Shown: positions 36,711-45,669 of the stretch, one piece after another
Layout: each line of letters opens with the position of its first letter
Position numbering within the stretch: position 1 is the first letter of the stretch
Assembly (NCBI GenBank): GCA_001780275.1
Contig: MFGB01000016.1
Location: 27,205-91,204 of the forward strand
Length of the DNA: 64,000 nucleotides
Reading direction: 5' to 3'
Origin: Candidatus Falkowbacteria bacterium RIFOXYA2_FULL_47_19
GTDB taxonomy: Bacteria > Patescibacteriota > Patescibacteriia > Patescibacteriales > UBA12075
The notes under the pieces: model-generated
Told to the model about the DNA's origin: nothing
The model's database searches: none
Seen by the model: only the letters and a program-made list of their open reading frames with translations
Translations under genes and position numbers: made by a program

Positions 36711-38156
36711 ATGAAGAAAATTATTGTTTTTATTATTTTGATTTTACTGGTTTGGGCCTTTGGTTCGTTATCGGCGGCGGATTTACTCGCCGAAGCCTTG
36801 GCGCAGGCGGGTTTGGCCGATAAATTATCCGGCCGGATTTTACTTCAGGTCGAAGAGAACGGCGAAGCCTGGTACGTGGGGCCGGAGGATAAGATGCGAT
36901 ATTTTTTGGGTCGGCCAGCGGACGCTTTCGCACTGATGCGGGAACAGGGGATTGGTATAACTGACGCGAACCTAAACAGGATACCTGTCGGTTTGATGGA
37001 GGCCTGCGCCACAGAGACGAGGCAATGCCCCGTCCCTGCATCCCCGGATACGGATAATGACAGCCTCCCCGACGATCTTGAGGTTGCTTTGGGAACGGAT
37101 ACAATGAAAGCCGATACGGACGGGGACGGTTTTGACGATAAGCATGAACTCGCGAACGGTTTTAATTATCTCGGATCAGGGGTAATGCCCGTTAATCTTG
37201 ATTTTACCGGGCGCCAGAAAGGGAAAATTTTTTTGGCTGTGGAAAGAAACGGCGAAGCCTGGTACGTTAACCCGGCGGACGGAAAAAGGTATTTCCTGGG
37301 ACGGCCCGCGGACGCCTTCGCGCTCATGCGCTCCCTGGGACTGGGAATTACCAATGGCGATCTGGATAAAATATTGGCTGGCACACCAGGCTTTTTGCTT
37401 TCCGAAGGGGAGCGGGATATACATGAATCAGTAAACCGGGAGAGAACCGACAACGGTTTGCCGGCGCTTCGCTGGAACGATGAACTGGCGGCCGTCGCCC
37501 GGGAGCATAGTATGAATCTCGCGCGGGAGAATGAAGCTTTTACGGCCTTTGGCGTCGCCTGCGATTACCCCTTGATCCACCACGAAGGCCTTGAATTCGG
37601 GATCTATAACAGTGAACGTCTGGGCAACCGCGGCGTCCATTATTTCAGCCAGACGGCGGAGAATATAGCGCTCTTATCCGGCGCAACTTATAAGGTGGTC
37701 TATTGGGAGGGCGATCCGGTGGGAGTCGAATTGGCGGCTTGCCAGAAAAAGCGGGAGGACTGGGACGCCGCCTTTAAATCCGCGGTAGACGCGGGCCGGG
37801 ATAACGAAGAAAAACTGGCGATCGTCCGGGCGGAGCTTCTTCGCCGCGCCGCCGCTTTCGAATCGGAAACCGCGATCAAAGCGAGCGAAGTCAATTGGCG
37901 CGCGGAAGATATTATCGTTAGCGAGATGACAAAAGGTTGGATGGAGAGCCCGGGACATCGGGCGAATATATTGAATGGCGATTACGACGAGGCCGGCGTC
38001 GGCCTGGCCTACGTTAACGGCTTTTTCATAGCTACCCAGGTATTCATCAAGCGCGCCGATTGCGGTTTTAAAAACGGCCCTTGCTGTGAAAAGCCCGGTT
38101 ATTATCCCTATTGCTACGTGCCTCTGGAATGCCGGGATAGTATTTGCGGGGAATGA
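36711..38156 (+). CDS. secreted multi-domain protein: 2 GEAWYV modules, TSP3-like repeats and a CAP/SCP (YkwD-like) domain
   Basis: Signal peptide. GRILLQVEENGEAWYVGPEDKMRYFLGRPADAFALMREQGIGIT and GKIFLAVERNGEAWYVNPADGKRYFLGRPADAFALMRSLGLGIT. DTDNDSLPDDLE and DTDGDGFDDKHE. CAP-type GHRANILNGDYDEAGVG. Cys-rich tail. Confidence 0.8.
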   Translation: MKKIIVFIILILLVWAFGSLSAADLLAEALAQAGLADKLSGRILLQVEENGEAWYVGPEDKMRYFLGRPADAFALMREQGIGITDANLNRIPVGLMEACATETRQCPVPASPDTDNDSLPDDLEVALGTDTMKADTDGDGFDDKHELANGFNYLGSGVMPVNLDFTGRQKGKIFLAVERNGEAWYVNPADGKRYFLGRPADAFALMRSLGLGITNGDLDKILAGTPGFLLSEGERDIHESVNRERTDNGLPALRWNDELAAVAREHSMNLARENEAFTAFGVACDYPLIHHEGLEFGIYNSERLGNRGVHYFSQTAENIALLSGATYKVVYWEGDPVGVELAACQKKREDWDAAFKSAVDAGRDNEEKLAIVRAELLRRAAAFESETAIKASEVNWRAEDIIVSEMTKGWMESPGHRANILNGDYDEAGVGLAYVNGFFIATQVFIKRADCGFKNGPCCEKPGYYPYCYVPLECRDSICGE

Positions 38157-38236
38157 TCCGGTCAGATCGGATTTTGTTGCTTTAATTTTTTTTGTATTAT
38201 ATAATATAATTAACAACTGAATACTTGTTGATAATT

Positions 38237-38392
38237 TTATCACGAGCGCGGCGATCCTGGGATGAACCCGGGACGGCCCGAAGCGATTTATCGCGAACGG
38301 CCGGAGTACTGGCTCTATGACCCGCCGGCAACCATTCCCTAAAAGGAAAAGGTGCCCCTTCCAGCCCCGTAATACCGGGGAAAGATGATTTT
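38237..38392 (+). promoter_or_regulatory. SAM-I (S-box) riboswitch; core 38283-38392, preceded by a half-copy-like segment
   Basis: Core: UUUAUCgcgaaCGGCCGGAGuACUGGCuCuAUGAcccGCCGGCAACCauucc-cuaaaa-ggaaaaGGUGCCccUUCCAGccccg-uaaua-cgggGAAAGAUGA. This matches the GGAGGGACUGGCCC.AUGA..CCCGGCAACC...GGUGCCAAUUCC...AGAUAA pattern of SAM-I. Candidate promoter TTGCTT-17-TATAAT at 38177-38205. Lies upstream of metK. Confidence 0.75.
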
Positions 38393-38400
38393 TTGTTTTA

Positions 38401-38430
38401 GTCTTTCCGCGGGGAAGGACTTTTTTATTT
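38401..38430 (+). terminator. riboswitch expression-platform terminator
   Basis: GTCTTTCC-gcgg-GGAAGGAC followed by TTTTTTATTT. Confidence 0.75.
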
Positions 38431-38438
38431 AACATAAT

Positions 38439-38531
38439 GCGAATTTGCGAATTATGCGAATTCTACGAATATGCGAACAGTCCATGTTAATTCGCATGTT
38501 CGTAGGTTTGCATATAAATTCGTAGTTTCGC
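38439..38531. repeat. GCGAA x5 / TTCG(C/T) x4 inverted short-repeat array with an 8-9 nt period
   Basis: (G/A)CGAA starts at 38439, 38447, 38456, 38465 and 38473. TTCGC/TTCGT starts at 38491, 38499, 38519 and 38527. The array lies between the riboswitch terminator and the metK ATG. Confidence 0.75.
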
Positions 38532-38546
38532 ATCATAACCAAAAAT

Positions 38547-39596
38547 ATGCATCACAACAATCTCTACACAGTCGAAAGCGTTACCGCCGGACACCCGGAC
38601 AAGGTCTGCGACCAGATCTCGGACGCCTGTCTGGACGCCTGCCTTAGGCAGGATCCGTCCTCCCGGGTCGCGGTCGAGACTTTCGGCGGCCACGGTCTGC
38701 TTCTGGTCGGGGGCGAGGTCACGACTAACGCGGATTTTGACGCGGCCGCGATCGCCCGGCAGGTTTATAAAGACATCGGTTATGATAATGAGCTGGAGGT
38801 GATCACGAAGATCGTCAAACAGTCGCCGGATATCGCTCAGGGCGTTGATACCGGCGGTGCCGGAGACCAGGGGATCATGTACGGATATGCGACCCGTGAA
38901 ACCGCGGAATTCATGCCCCGGGGCGTGGTTCTGGCGCATAAACTCACCCGCGGCCTGGAAGATTTAAGAAAAAGCGGGGAAATAAAATGGCTTCGTCCCG
39001 ACGGCAAGGCGCAGGTGACGCTTGAAAACGGCCGGGTTAAGAACGTTTTGGTAAGCACCCAGCACAATGAAGAGGTAGACCAGGCGGAGATCAGACGGGT
39101 CTTAATTGAAAAATTGATCGGCCCGGTTATCGGCGATTTGATCGGCGTGGATATTTTCGTGAATCCGACCGGTAAATTCTTTTTAGGCGGCTTTGCGGCC
39201 GATACCGGCCTGACCGGACGGAAGATCATGGTCGATACTTACGGCGGGCTTATTCCGCACGGCGGCGGCGCCTTTTCCGGCAAGGACGCGACTAAAGTCG
39301 ATCGCAGTGCCGCCTATATGGCCCGCTTCGCGGCCAAGAATATCGTGGCCGCTGGGCGCGCGGAGAAATGCCTCGTCTCGGTCGCTTACGCCATCGGCCA
39401 CGCCGAGCCTTTGATGGTGGAGGCGATAGACGAAAACGGAAATAGCCTCAAAGACGCGGTCAGGGGAAAATTCGATTTCCGTCCGCGCGCCATTGTTGAA
39501 AGGCTCGGTTTAAGAAAGCCGATCTTCCGGCCGACCGCGAGCTACGGCCATTTCGGCAAGGCCGGACTTCCCTGGGAAGAGATAATCGAACTATAA
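38547..39596 (+). CDS. metK: S-adenosylmethionine synthetase
   Basis: ESVTAGHPDKVCDQISDACLDA, GAGDQGIMYGYA and GGGAFSGKDATKVDRSAAY motifs. At 349 aa it is short for the family. Confidence 0.93.
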   Translation: MHHNNLYTVESVTAGHPDKVCDQISDACLDACLRQDPSSRVAVETFGGHGLLLVGGEVTTNADFDAAAIARQVYKDIGYDNELEVITKIVKQSPDIAQGVDTGGAGDQGIMYGYATRETAEFMPRGVVLAHKLTRGLEDLRKSGEIKWLRPDGKAQVTLENGRVKNVLVSTQHNEEVDQAEIRRVLIEKLIGPVIGDLIGVDIFVNPTGKFFLGGFAADTGLTGRKIMVDTYGGLIPHGGGAFSGKDATKVDRSAAYMARFAAKNIVAAGRAEKCLVSVAYAIGHAEPLMVEAIDENGNSLKDAVRGKFDFRPRAIVERLGLRKPIFRPTASYGHFGKAGLPWEEIIEL

Positions 39597-39608
39597 GATT
39601 AAAGATAA

Positions 39609-39633
39609 AAAGACGGGCCGGGCCCGTCTTTTG
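39609..39633 (+). terminator. intrinsic terminator after metK
   Basis: AAGACGGGC-cgg-GCCCGTCTT followed by TTG. Confidence 0.75.
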
Positions 39634-39750
39634 CTTAAATTGATTGACAATAAATTTAATATTATGTTAGCTTGGGATTAATATATTCATGAACGGTTAA
39701 AAAATAAAGCATCCCCGGGATGCTTTTTTAAATTAACAAAGAGGGGAAAA

Positions 39751-39790
39751 TAAAAAACGGATGCGCGCATCCGTTCGTTTTTTTAAAAAC
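39751..39790. terminator. bidirectional terminator (ctp side)
   Basis: AACGGATGCG / CGCATCCGTT palindrome, flanked by an A-run and a T-run. Confidence 0.7.
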
Positions 39791-39797
39791 AGTCTTT

Positions 39798-41159
39798 TTA
39801 TATTTTTCCTTTTAAAATTTCGATCGCTTTTTGGAGCGGTTCGTTCTCCTCCGTCGCCGGATCATCTTCGATCTCTACGTCCGGCGTGATACCGATACCG
39901 TCGGGGCAGGCCTTGGTCACGGGCAGATGGTATTTTTTGATCGTGATTTTCAGGCCGGAATTGTCGGGCAAATGGCGTATGATCTGAACAGAGCCCTTGC
40001 CGTATGATTTTGTGCCCATGAGGATGGCTAAACCGTAATCCTTAAGGATACCGGCTAATACTTCGGAGGCGCTGGCCGAATTGCCGTTTATGAGGACGGC
40101 TATCGGGCCGGAAAAAGATTTAGCGGTTTCGGACTTAACGTAAAGAACGAGTTCGTTGTTACGTCCCTTGATATAAAGCAGGGGTTTCCCCGGTTCGATA
40201 AAGGCGTCGGCTATTTGCAATGTTTCCCTGAGGTTTCCGCCGGGATTATTTTCGACGTCGATGATCAGGGCTTTCGCGCCGGCCTTTTTCAGCGCTTCGA
40301 GCTTTTTCAGAAATTCCAGGCAATTGTCATCAAAACGGGAAACTTTTATATAGCCGATACCGGTACCGGGAATAATGCGGCTCGTTACGGGAGCAATTTC
40401 GATTTCTCCGCGGGTTATCGTGAAAGTTTTCGTTCGCGAGCCGTCCGGCAATCTGACCGCGATCGTTACCGGCGTTCCGGTTTCTCCCCTGATCAAGTCG
40501 ACCATTTCTCCCAGAGTGCGGCCGGCCGCGTTTGTATCGCCCACTTTGGTAATATACCAGCCTTCGGTTAAACCGCATTTTTCCGCCGGAGAACCCTCGA
40601 TGACCTCTTTGATATAAACCCCCTGGTCGTTTAATTTTCCCGCGATAAGGGCTTCGCGGATTTTTTTATATTCCGGACTGACGGTCTCCAGGAATTGTAT
40701 CGCCCGGAGAAAAGCGTTTGGATCGTTTTTTAATTTTTCCGCGCCGGCTTCCGTCAGGAATTCCGCTTCGATCTTCTTTAAGCTTTCTTGAGCCTGCTTT
40801 AGCATTTCAGGGCAGAGACCGACGATAATACCGATACCGCTTATTGAGGAGTCAAGAAGCCGGCTTAGCTCTTTCTCAGACATGATCATGGTATGCTGGT
40901 CCAGATATTTCGGAAAATAATCTTTAAGGTATTCCTCCAGATTTTTTACGTCTTCGTCCGTCAGAGAGCGATAATATTCGCGGGCGACGATTGCCACGGA
41001 TTTTTCGAAAGCGTCCAGGAGTTCCGATATCCGCCGTTCCTGATCGTTTAGCGTGACCATGAATCCGAGTCCGGACGGCTGGCCGTAAATAGCCGTAGAT
41101 CCCAGGAGCAGGATGAACGCCGCCAATCCGAAAACGCGGAGCGATCTCAATAATTTCAT
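39798..41159 (-). CDS. S41-family C-terminal processing (tail-specific) peptidase with a PDZ domain
   Basis: Signal/TM N-terminus. PDZ domain (GSPAEKCGLTEGWYITKVGD). Catalytic region NGNSASASEVLAGILKD ... KGS. Confidence 0.88.
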   Translation of the reverse strand: MKLLRSLRVFGLAAFILLLGSTAIYGQPSGLGFMVTLNDQERRISELLDAFEKSVAIVAREYYRSLTDEDVKNLEEYLKDYFPKYLDQHTMIMSEKELSRLLDSSISGIGIIVGLCPEMLKQAQESLKKIEAEFLTEAGAEKLKNDPNAFLRAIQFLETVSPEYKKIREALIAGKLNDQGVYIKEVIEGSPAEKCGLTEGWYITKVGDTNAAGRTLGEMVDLIRGETGTPVTIAVRLPDGSRTKTFTITRGEIEIAPVTSRIIPGTGIGYIKVSRFDDNCLEFLKKLEALKKAGAKALIIDVENNPGGNLRETLQIADAFIEPGKPLLYIKGRNNELVLYVKSETAKSFSGPIAVLINGNSASASEVLAGILKDYGLAILMGTKSYGKGSVQIIRHLPDNSGLKITIKKYHLPVTKACPDGIGITPDVEIEDDPATEENEPLQKAIEILKGKI

Positions 41160-41389
41160 GTTATCCTTCCCTTCTTCCCCGATCGGGGATAGGCATAAAA
41201 AATAAAATTTTAACGAACGCTTATAAATTCCTCCGTTCCGGAATTTTTTCCGTTTGATTTTATCTTATCTTATTATATCCGTTTCTTTAAGTCAATTGAC
41301 AAAACAGCGGTATTATGTAAAGTTAAAGTTAACCAGATTCATGATCTTTAAAATTAATCCTTGGATAATTTAAAGAATGGAGGTCCGGG

Positions 41390-42382
41390 ATGTTAAAATC
41401 TTTTTTTTGGAGCAAGAAGTGGTTTTTGTGGGCCTGGGGCGGCTTATTAATATTATTATTATCTTTGTACGCTCAGGTTTATATGTCGGTATTGTTTAAT
41501 GAGTGGTACGGCAAGTTTTATGATATGCTGGGCGAAGTAAAAAAATATACAGTTGATGATTTCTGGGGTTCGCTCGCCTGGTTTACTAAAATCGCCCTAA
41601 TTTATATCATATTAGCTACGATTACGGGCTGGTTTACCAGGCTTTATGCCTTCCGTTGGCGCAAGGCCATAACCTTTGATTATATACCGCGCTGGCGTAA
41701 CGTTAAAGAAGAAATTGAGGGCTCAAGTCAGCGCATACAGGAAGACGCTTATCGCTTCGCTCGCATTATAGAATCCTTGGGCCTGCAGGTGGCTAAGGCG
41801 GTTATGACTTTGGTAGCTTTTTTGCCGATACTTTGGGGTTTGAGCAACGGCATAGCCATCAATATTGTCGGTTGGGTCGTGCCCGTAATCGGCACCGCGC
41901 CCGGCAACCTGGTCTGGCTGGCGATCGCGACTAGTATCGGCGGCATGGTTATTTCCTGGTTCGTGGGCATAAAATTGCCTGGACTGGAATATAATAATCA
42001 AAAAGTGGAAGCGGCCTTCCGCAAAGAACTCGTCTTGGGCGAAGATAATAAAACGTTATATGCCGTACCGGAAACGCTGTTAAAACTTTTTACCGGCCTG
42101 GAATATAATTACCATCGCCTCTTCCTGCACTACGGATATTTTGATGCTTGGGTTAATACATATGATCAGCTAATGATCATCCTGCCTTATATCGTGGCCG
42201 GACCGGCGCTTTTTAGCGGCACGATCATACTTGGGGCCCTGGTACAGATATCAAACGCTTTCAGCAAGGTGCACGGCAGTTTTTCGCTTTTTATTCAGAA
42301 TTGGACGACTATAACGGAATTGCGCAGTATCTGGAAGCGCTTGCATGAATTTGAAAGAAATCTTGATAAACATCAGGTTTAA
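41390..42382 (+). CDS. SbmA/BacA-like inner-membrane transporter
   Basis: FNEWYGKFYDML resembles the conserved NAWYxPFYDLIQ segment of SbmA/BacA. Polytopic, with no ATPase domain. Promoter TTGACA-16-TGTAAAGT near 41297-41325. Confidence 0.7.
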   Translation: MLKSFFWSKKWFLWAWGGLLILLLSLYAQVYMSVLFNEWYGKFYDMLGEVKKYTVDDFWGSLAWFTKIALIYIILATITGWFTRLYAFRWRKAITFDYIPRWRNVKEEIEGSSQRIQEDAYRFARIIESLGLQVAKAVMTLVAFLPILWGLSNGIAINIVGWVVPVIGTAPGNLVWLAIATSIGGMVISWFVGIKLPGLEYNNQKVEAAFRKELVLGEDNKTLYAVPETLLKLFTGLEYNYHRLFLHYGYFDAWVNTYDQLMIILPYIVAGPALFSGTIILGALVQISNAFSKVHGSFSLFIQNWTTITELRSIWKRLHEFERNLDKHQV

Positions 42383-42408
42383 AAATTTTTTTATCGGTAG
42401 TAAAAAAA

Positions 42409-42436
42409 CAACGGCATTTATAATGCCGTTTTTTAA
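42409..42436 (+). terminator. intrinsic terminator
   Basis: AACGGCATT-tata-ATGCCGTT followed by TTTT. Confidence 0.8.
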
Positions 42437-42491
42437 TAGCTACTTATTGCCAGGATGCGGATTTTCGTTATATAATAAACCCACACCTATT

Positions 42492-43757
42492 ATGAAAAAA
42501 TTCCGCACCGGCAAAATTCAACTATTTTTTTTATTTATTGTTAGCCTTTTTACGGCTGTTTTTTTGTGGCGAATAAATCAGGATGTCACTAATATTACAC
42601 AAGCCGGACTTGACGAAGAAAACACAGTTGTTGTCCCCCCGACCGAGCCCGACCGGATGGAAAAGATCGAGATCGGGGACGGAGCGACTTACGGAACGCT
42701 CTTGTCCTCGACCAGTATCGCTTACGCTGACTATATGGCGGTTTATGAAGCGGCCGCGCCGGTTTATGATCTGGTAAAAATTAGGGCCGGCCGTTTTTTA
42801 GAATTAGTGTTTGACGGGAAAACTGATGAGTTCAAGGAATTGAAATATAAGATCGATTCGGAGGACGAGCTTCACGTGCGGAATATGAAATATTACGAAT
42901 ACGCGGCTTCGAGCACCGCGGAGTGGATGGCGGAAGTTTCTCCTATCCCTTATGAGGTAAAAATAAAAACCGCCGCTGGCACGGTCGAGTCTTCGATGTA
43001 TCAGGCCGCCCTGGACAACGATATCGATATCCGCGCCATAATTGAGTTAGCTGATGCTTTCCAGTGGACAATCGATTTCGCTATGGATCCCAGGGTCGGC
43101 GACACGTTCAAATTCATCTACGAAGAACGTTATCTGGACGGAAAATACGAGATGCCGGGACGGGTCCTCTCCGGACGCTATGTGAACGATGGGCAGGCTT
43201 TCGACGTTTATTATTTTGAAGAAGACGAGGATAACAAAGGCTATTTCGACGGAGAAGGGAATTCGGTCCAGAAGATGTTCCTGAAAGCGCCGGTCGCTTT
43301 CCGGTATATTTCTTCCGGTTTTACGACCGGCCTCCGGTATGTCGAAGCTTTTAACGTCGCGACCGGGCATCGGGCGATCGATTACGCCGCGCCTCAGGGT
43401 ACGCCGATCCGGTCAGTAGGGGACGGGACGGTCGCTTCCGCCGGCTGGAGCGCGGCCGGTTACGGCAATCTTACCTCGATCAGGCATAACGGCACTTATA
43501 CGACTAATTACGCCCACCAGTCGAGGATAATAGTCAAGCGCGGCCAAAAGGTAAAGCAGGGCGAAATTATCGGCTATGTCGGTTCCACCGGTTTTTCGAC
43601 CGGTCCGCACCTGCATTTCGAGATGGTCAAGAACGGCGTCAAGGTAAATCCTTTAAAAGAGATCCTGCCGCCCGGTAAAGCCATTGCCGATGAAAATAAG
43701 AATAGATTTTTCGAGGAAATAAAAAAATGGCGGGAAGATCTCGATGGGGCGAATTAA
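42492..43757 (+). CDS. M23-family (LytM-type) peptidoglycan endopeptidase
   Basis: GHRAIDYAAPQGTPI and GSTGFSTGPHLHFEM motifs. I prefer the start at 42492 (MKKFRTGK plus a TM segment), downstream of the terminator; the track ORF starts at 42345, overlapping the previous gene. Confidence 0.9.
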   Translation: MKKFRTGKIQLFFLFIVSLFTAVFLWRINQDVTNITQAGLDEENTVVVPPTEPDRMEKIEIGDGATYGTLLSSTSIAYADYMAVYEAAAPVYDLVKIRAGRFLELVFDGKTDEFKELKYKIDSEDELHVRNMKYYEYAASSTAEWMAEVSPIPYEVKIKTAAGTVESSMYQAALDNDIDIRAIIELADAFQWTIDFAMDPRVGDTFKFIYEERYLDGKYEMPGRVLSGRYVNDGQAFDVYYFEEDEDNKGYFDGEGNSVQKMFLKAPVAFRYISSGFTTGLRYVEAFNVATGHRAIDYAAPQGTPIRSVGDGTVASAGWSAAGYGNLTSIRHNGTYTTNYAHQSRIIVKRGQKVKQGEIIGYVGSTGFSTGPHLHFEMVKNGVKVNPLKEILPPGKAIADENKNRFFEEIKKWREDLDGAN

Positions 43758-43863
43758 TTCGTCCATAGATCGTTACTGAACATTCCAATAAATAAAAAAT
43801 GAAATCACAATGAAGATCACCGGAAGATCGGCAACGGTTTATTTTTAGAAGAAGGGAGGAGTT

Positions 43864-44064
43864 TTGGAAAATAATAACGAAGCAATCGACGTGGAATTTG
43901 ATGAAGTAGGGGTTTGCGACCAATGCGGTAAATACTTCCTGCTTTACGGGGACGAAAAAGGAACCTGTCCTGATTGCCGTCAAATTAAGCGGCTTGTCAA
44001 TAAAATAAGCTGGCCCCTGATAATCGTAACGATCATAGCCGTTATATTTCTGAAATTCCTATAG
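43864..44064 (+). CDS. small zinc-ribbon membrane protein
   Basis: GGGAGGAG SD before the TTG start. CDQCG..CPDC. C-terminal TM helix WPLIIVTIIAVIFL. Confidence 0.55.
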   Translation: MENNNEAIDVEFDEVGVCDQCGKYFLLYGDEKGTCPDCRQIKRLVNKISWPLIIVTIIAVIFLKFL

Positions 44065-44138
44065 ATAAATTAAAAACAAAAAACCAGTTCAAACGGAACC
44101 GGTTTTTTTATTGCTTCTCGCGGCAATATTTTAGAGGA

Positions 44139-45500
44139 TTATTTTCTATAACTCTCGTAAAAATAGATGATCGTTTCGATGGCCTTAAGATAATTCCAGA
44201 CGCCGAAGCTTTCGTTGGGAGAGTGGATCGCGTCCGAATCAAGCCCGAAACCCATCAGGATCGGTTCCGCCCCGAGGATCTTTTTGAATAAGGCCGTGAT
44301 CGGGATGCTGCCGCCGGTTCTTAGGGGAAGCGGTTTTTTACCGAAGGATCTGGCGTAAGCCGCAGAGGCCGCCCGGAAAACAGGCGAGTCCAGGGCGGTC
44401 ACGAATGGTTCGCCGCCGGTATAGGTTTTAATTTTGACTTTGACGGTTTTCGGCGCCAGAGCTTTAAAATGATCAATGAATAAGGTTGTGATCTTTTTCG
44501 GGTTTTGGCCGGGCACCAGGCGCATCGATATTTTGGCGTGCGCTTTCGAGGGAAGTACCGTTTTCGAGCCTTCCCCGGTAAACCCGCCCCAGATACCGTT
44601 TACGTCCAGGGTCGGCCGGGCGCCGGCGCGTTCCAGGGTGGAGTAGCCTTTCTCTCCGAATACTTCAGCGATCCCCAATTCTTTTTTATAACGGGCTAGG
44701 TTAAAGGGTATTTTTTTCATGCTCCGGCGCTCGGACGGGGTAAGCGGAACGACATCGTCATAAAATCCGGGAATAGTGATGCGGCCGTTTTTGTCTTTGA
44801 GCCGCGCTATGATCTCGCAAAGCACGTTTATCGGGTTGGCTACGGCGCCGCCGTAAACTCCGGAATGGAGATCGTGATCCGGTCCGGTCAGCTCGACCTC
44901 GAGGTAGACAAGTCCCTTAAGTCCGGCTGTGATCGAGGGCACGGAATTACTGAACATTTCGGTGTCCGAGATCAAAACAATATCGGCCGCGAGCTTTTTC
45001 CGGTTTTTCCGGATATAAGCGTCAAGATTCACCGAGCCGATCTCTTCTTCGCCTTCGATGATGAATTTTACGTTTACCGGCAAGCGGCCGCTTCGCGCGA
45101 GATATTCGAAAGCTTTAATATGCGCGTACATCTGCCCCTTGTCGTCAGACGCTCCGCGGGCGAATATTTTTCCGTTTTTTACGGTCGGCTCAAAAGGCCG
45201 GGAATTCCACAACTCGACCGGATCCACCGGCTGGACGTCGTAATGCCCGTACACCAGCACCGTCGGCAGTTTTTTATCAATGATTTTTTCTCCGTAAACC
45301 ACCGGATGTCCGCCGGTAGATTCTACGGCCGCCTGAGCGGCTCCGGCGGCGGAAAGCTTTTCCTTTATGAACCGGGCGGCTTCAAGGACGTCTTTTTTGC
45401 GCTCGGGGTCGGTACTGATCGAAGGAAAGCGCAGGAGTTCGAAAAGTTCGCTTAAGAACTTTTTTTGGTTGGTTTTGAGGTATCGTTTGACATCGGTCAT
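44139..45500 (-). CDS. M20-family dipeptidase/acylase
   Basis: YGHYDVQP, GASDDKGQ and EGEEEIGS motifs of the ArgE/DapE/ACY1/CPG2 family. 453 aa. Confidence 0.88.
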   Translation of the reverse strand: MTDVKRYLKTNQKKFLSELFELLRFPSISTDPERKKDVLEAARFIKEKLSAAGAAQAAVESTGGHPVVYGEKIIDKKLPTVLVYGHYDVQPVDPVELWNSRPFEPTVKNGKIFARGASDDKGQMYAHIKAFEYLARSGRLPVNVKFIIEGEEEIGSVNLDAYIRKNRKKLAADIVLISDTEMFSNSVPSITAGLKGLVYLEVELTGPDHDLHSGVYGGAVANPINVLCEIIARLKDKNGRITIPGFYDDVVPLTPSERRSMKKIPFNLARYKKELGIAEVFGEKGYSTLERAGARPTLDVNGIWGGFTGEGSKTVLPSKAHAKISMRLVPGQNPKKITTLFIDHFKALAPKTVKVKIKTYTGGEPFVTALDSPVFRAASAAYARSFGKKPLPLRTGGSIPITALFKKILGAEPILMGFGLDSDAIHSPNESFGVWNYLKAIETIIYFYESYRK

Positions 45501-45669
45501 ATTAGTGAGTGTTAAGTATAAAAAGTATACTTATTAATTATACCATAAAAATAATTTAAACAAACATTAATTTTTGTTTTTTTAGCTTGACTTATCTTAT
45601 TATTTAATAATAAAATATGAGCAAAAGATATTTTTTACCTTAAACCCGGATAAAGAAAAGAGGGAAACG

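Noticed and set aside
37674-38435. The 253-aa minus-strand ORF.
   Set aside because: It is antisense to the well-supported CAP-domain gene and runs through the SAM riboswitch. It has no start context and reads like an antisense translation.
44865-45455. The 196-aa plus-strand ORF inside the M20 peptidase gene. The same applies to 38487-38939, 52885-53463, 35999-36382 and the many ORFs antisense to 14-5179.
   Set aside because: They are antisense to genes with clear family motifs. These are GC-rich reverse frames that stay open by chance.
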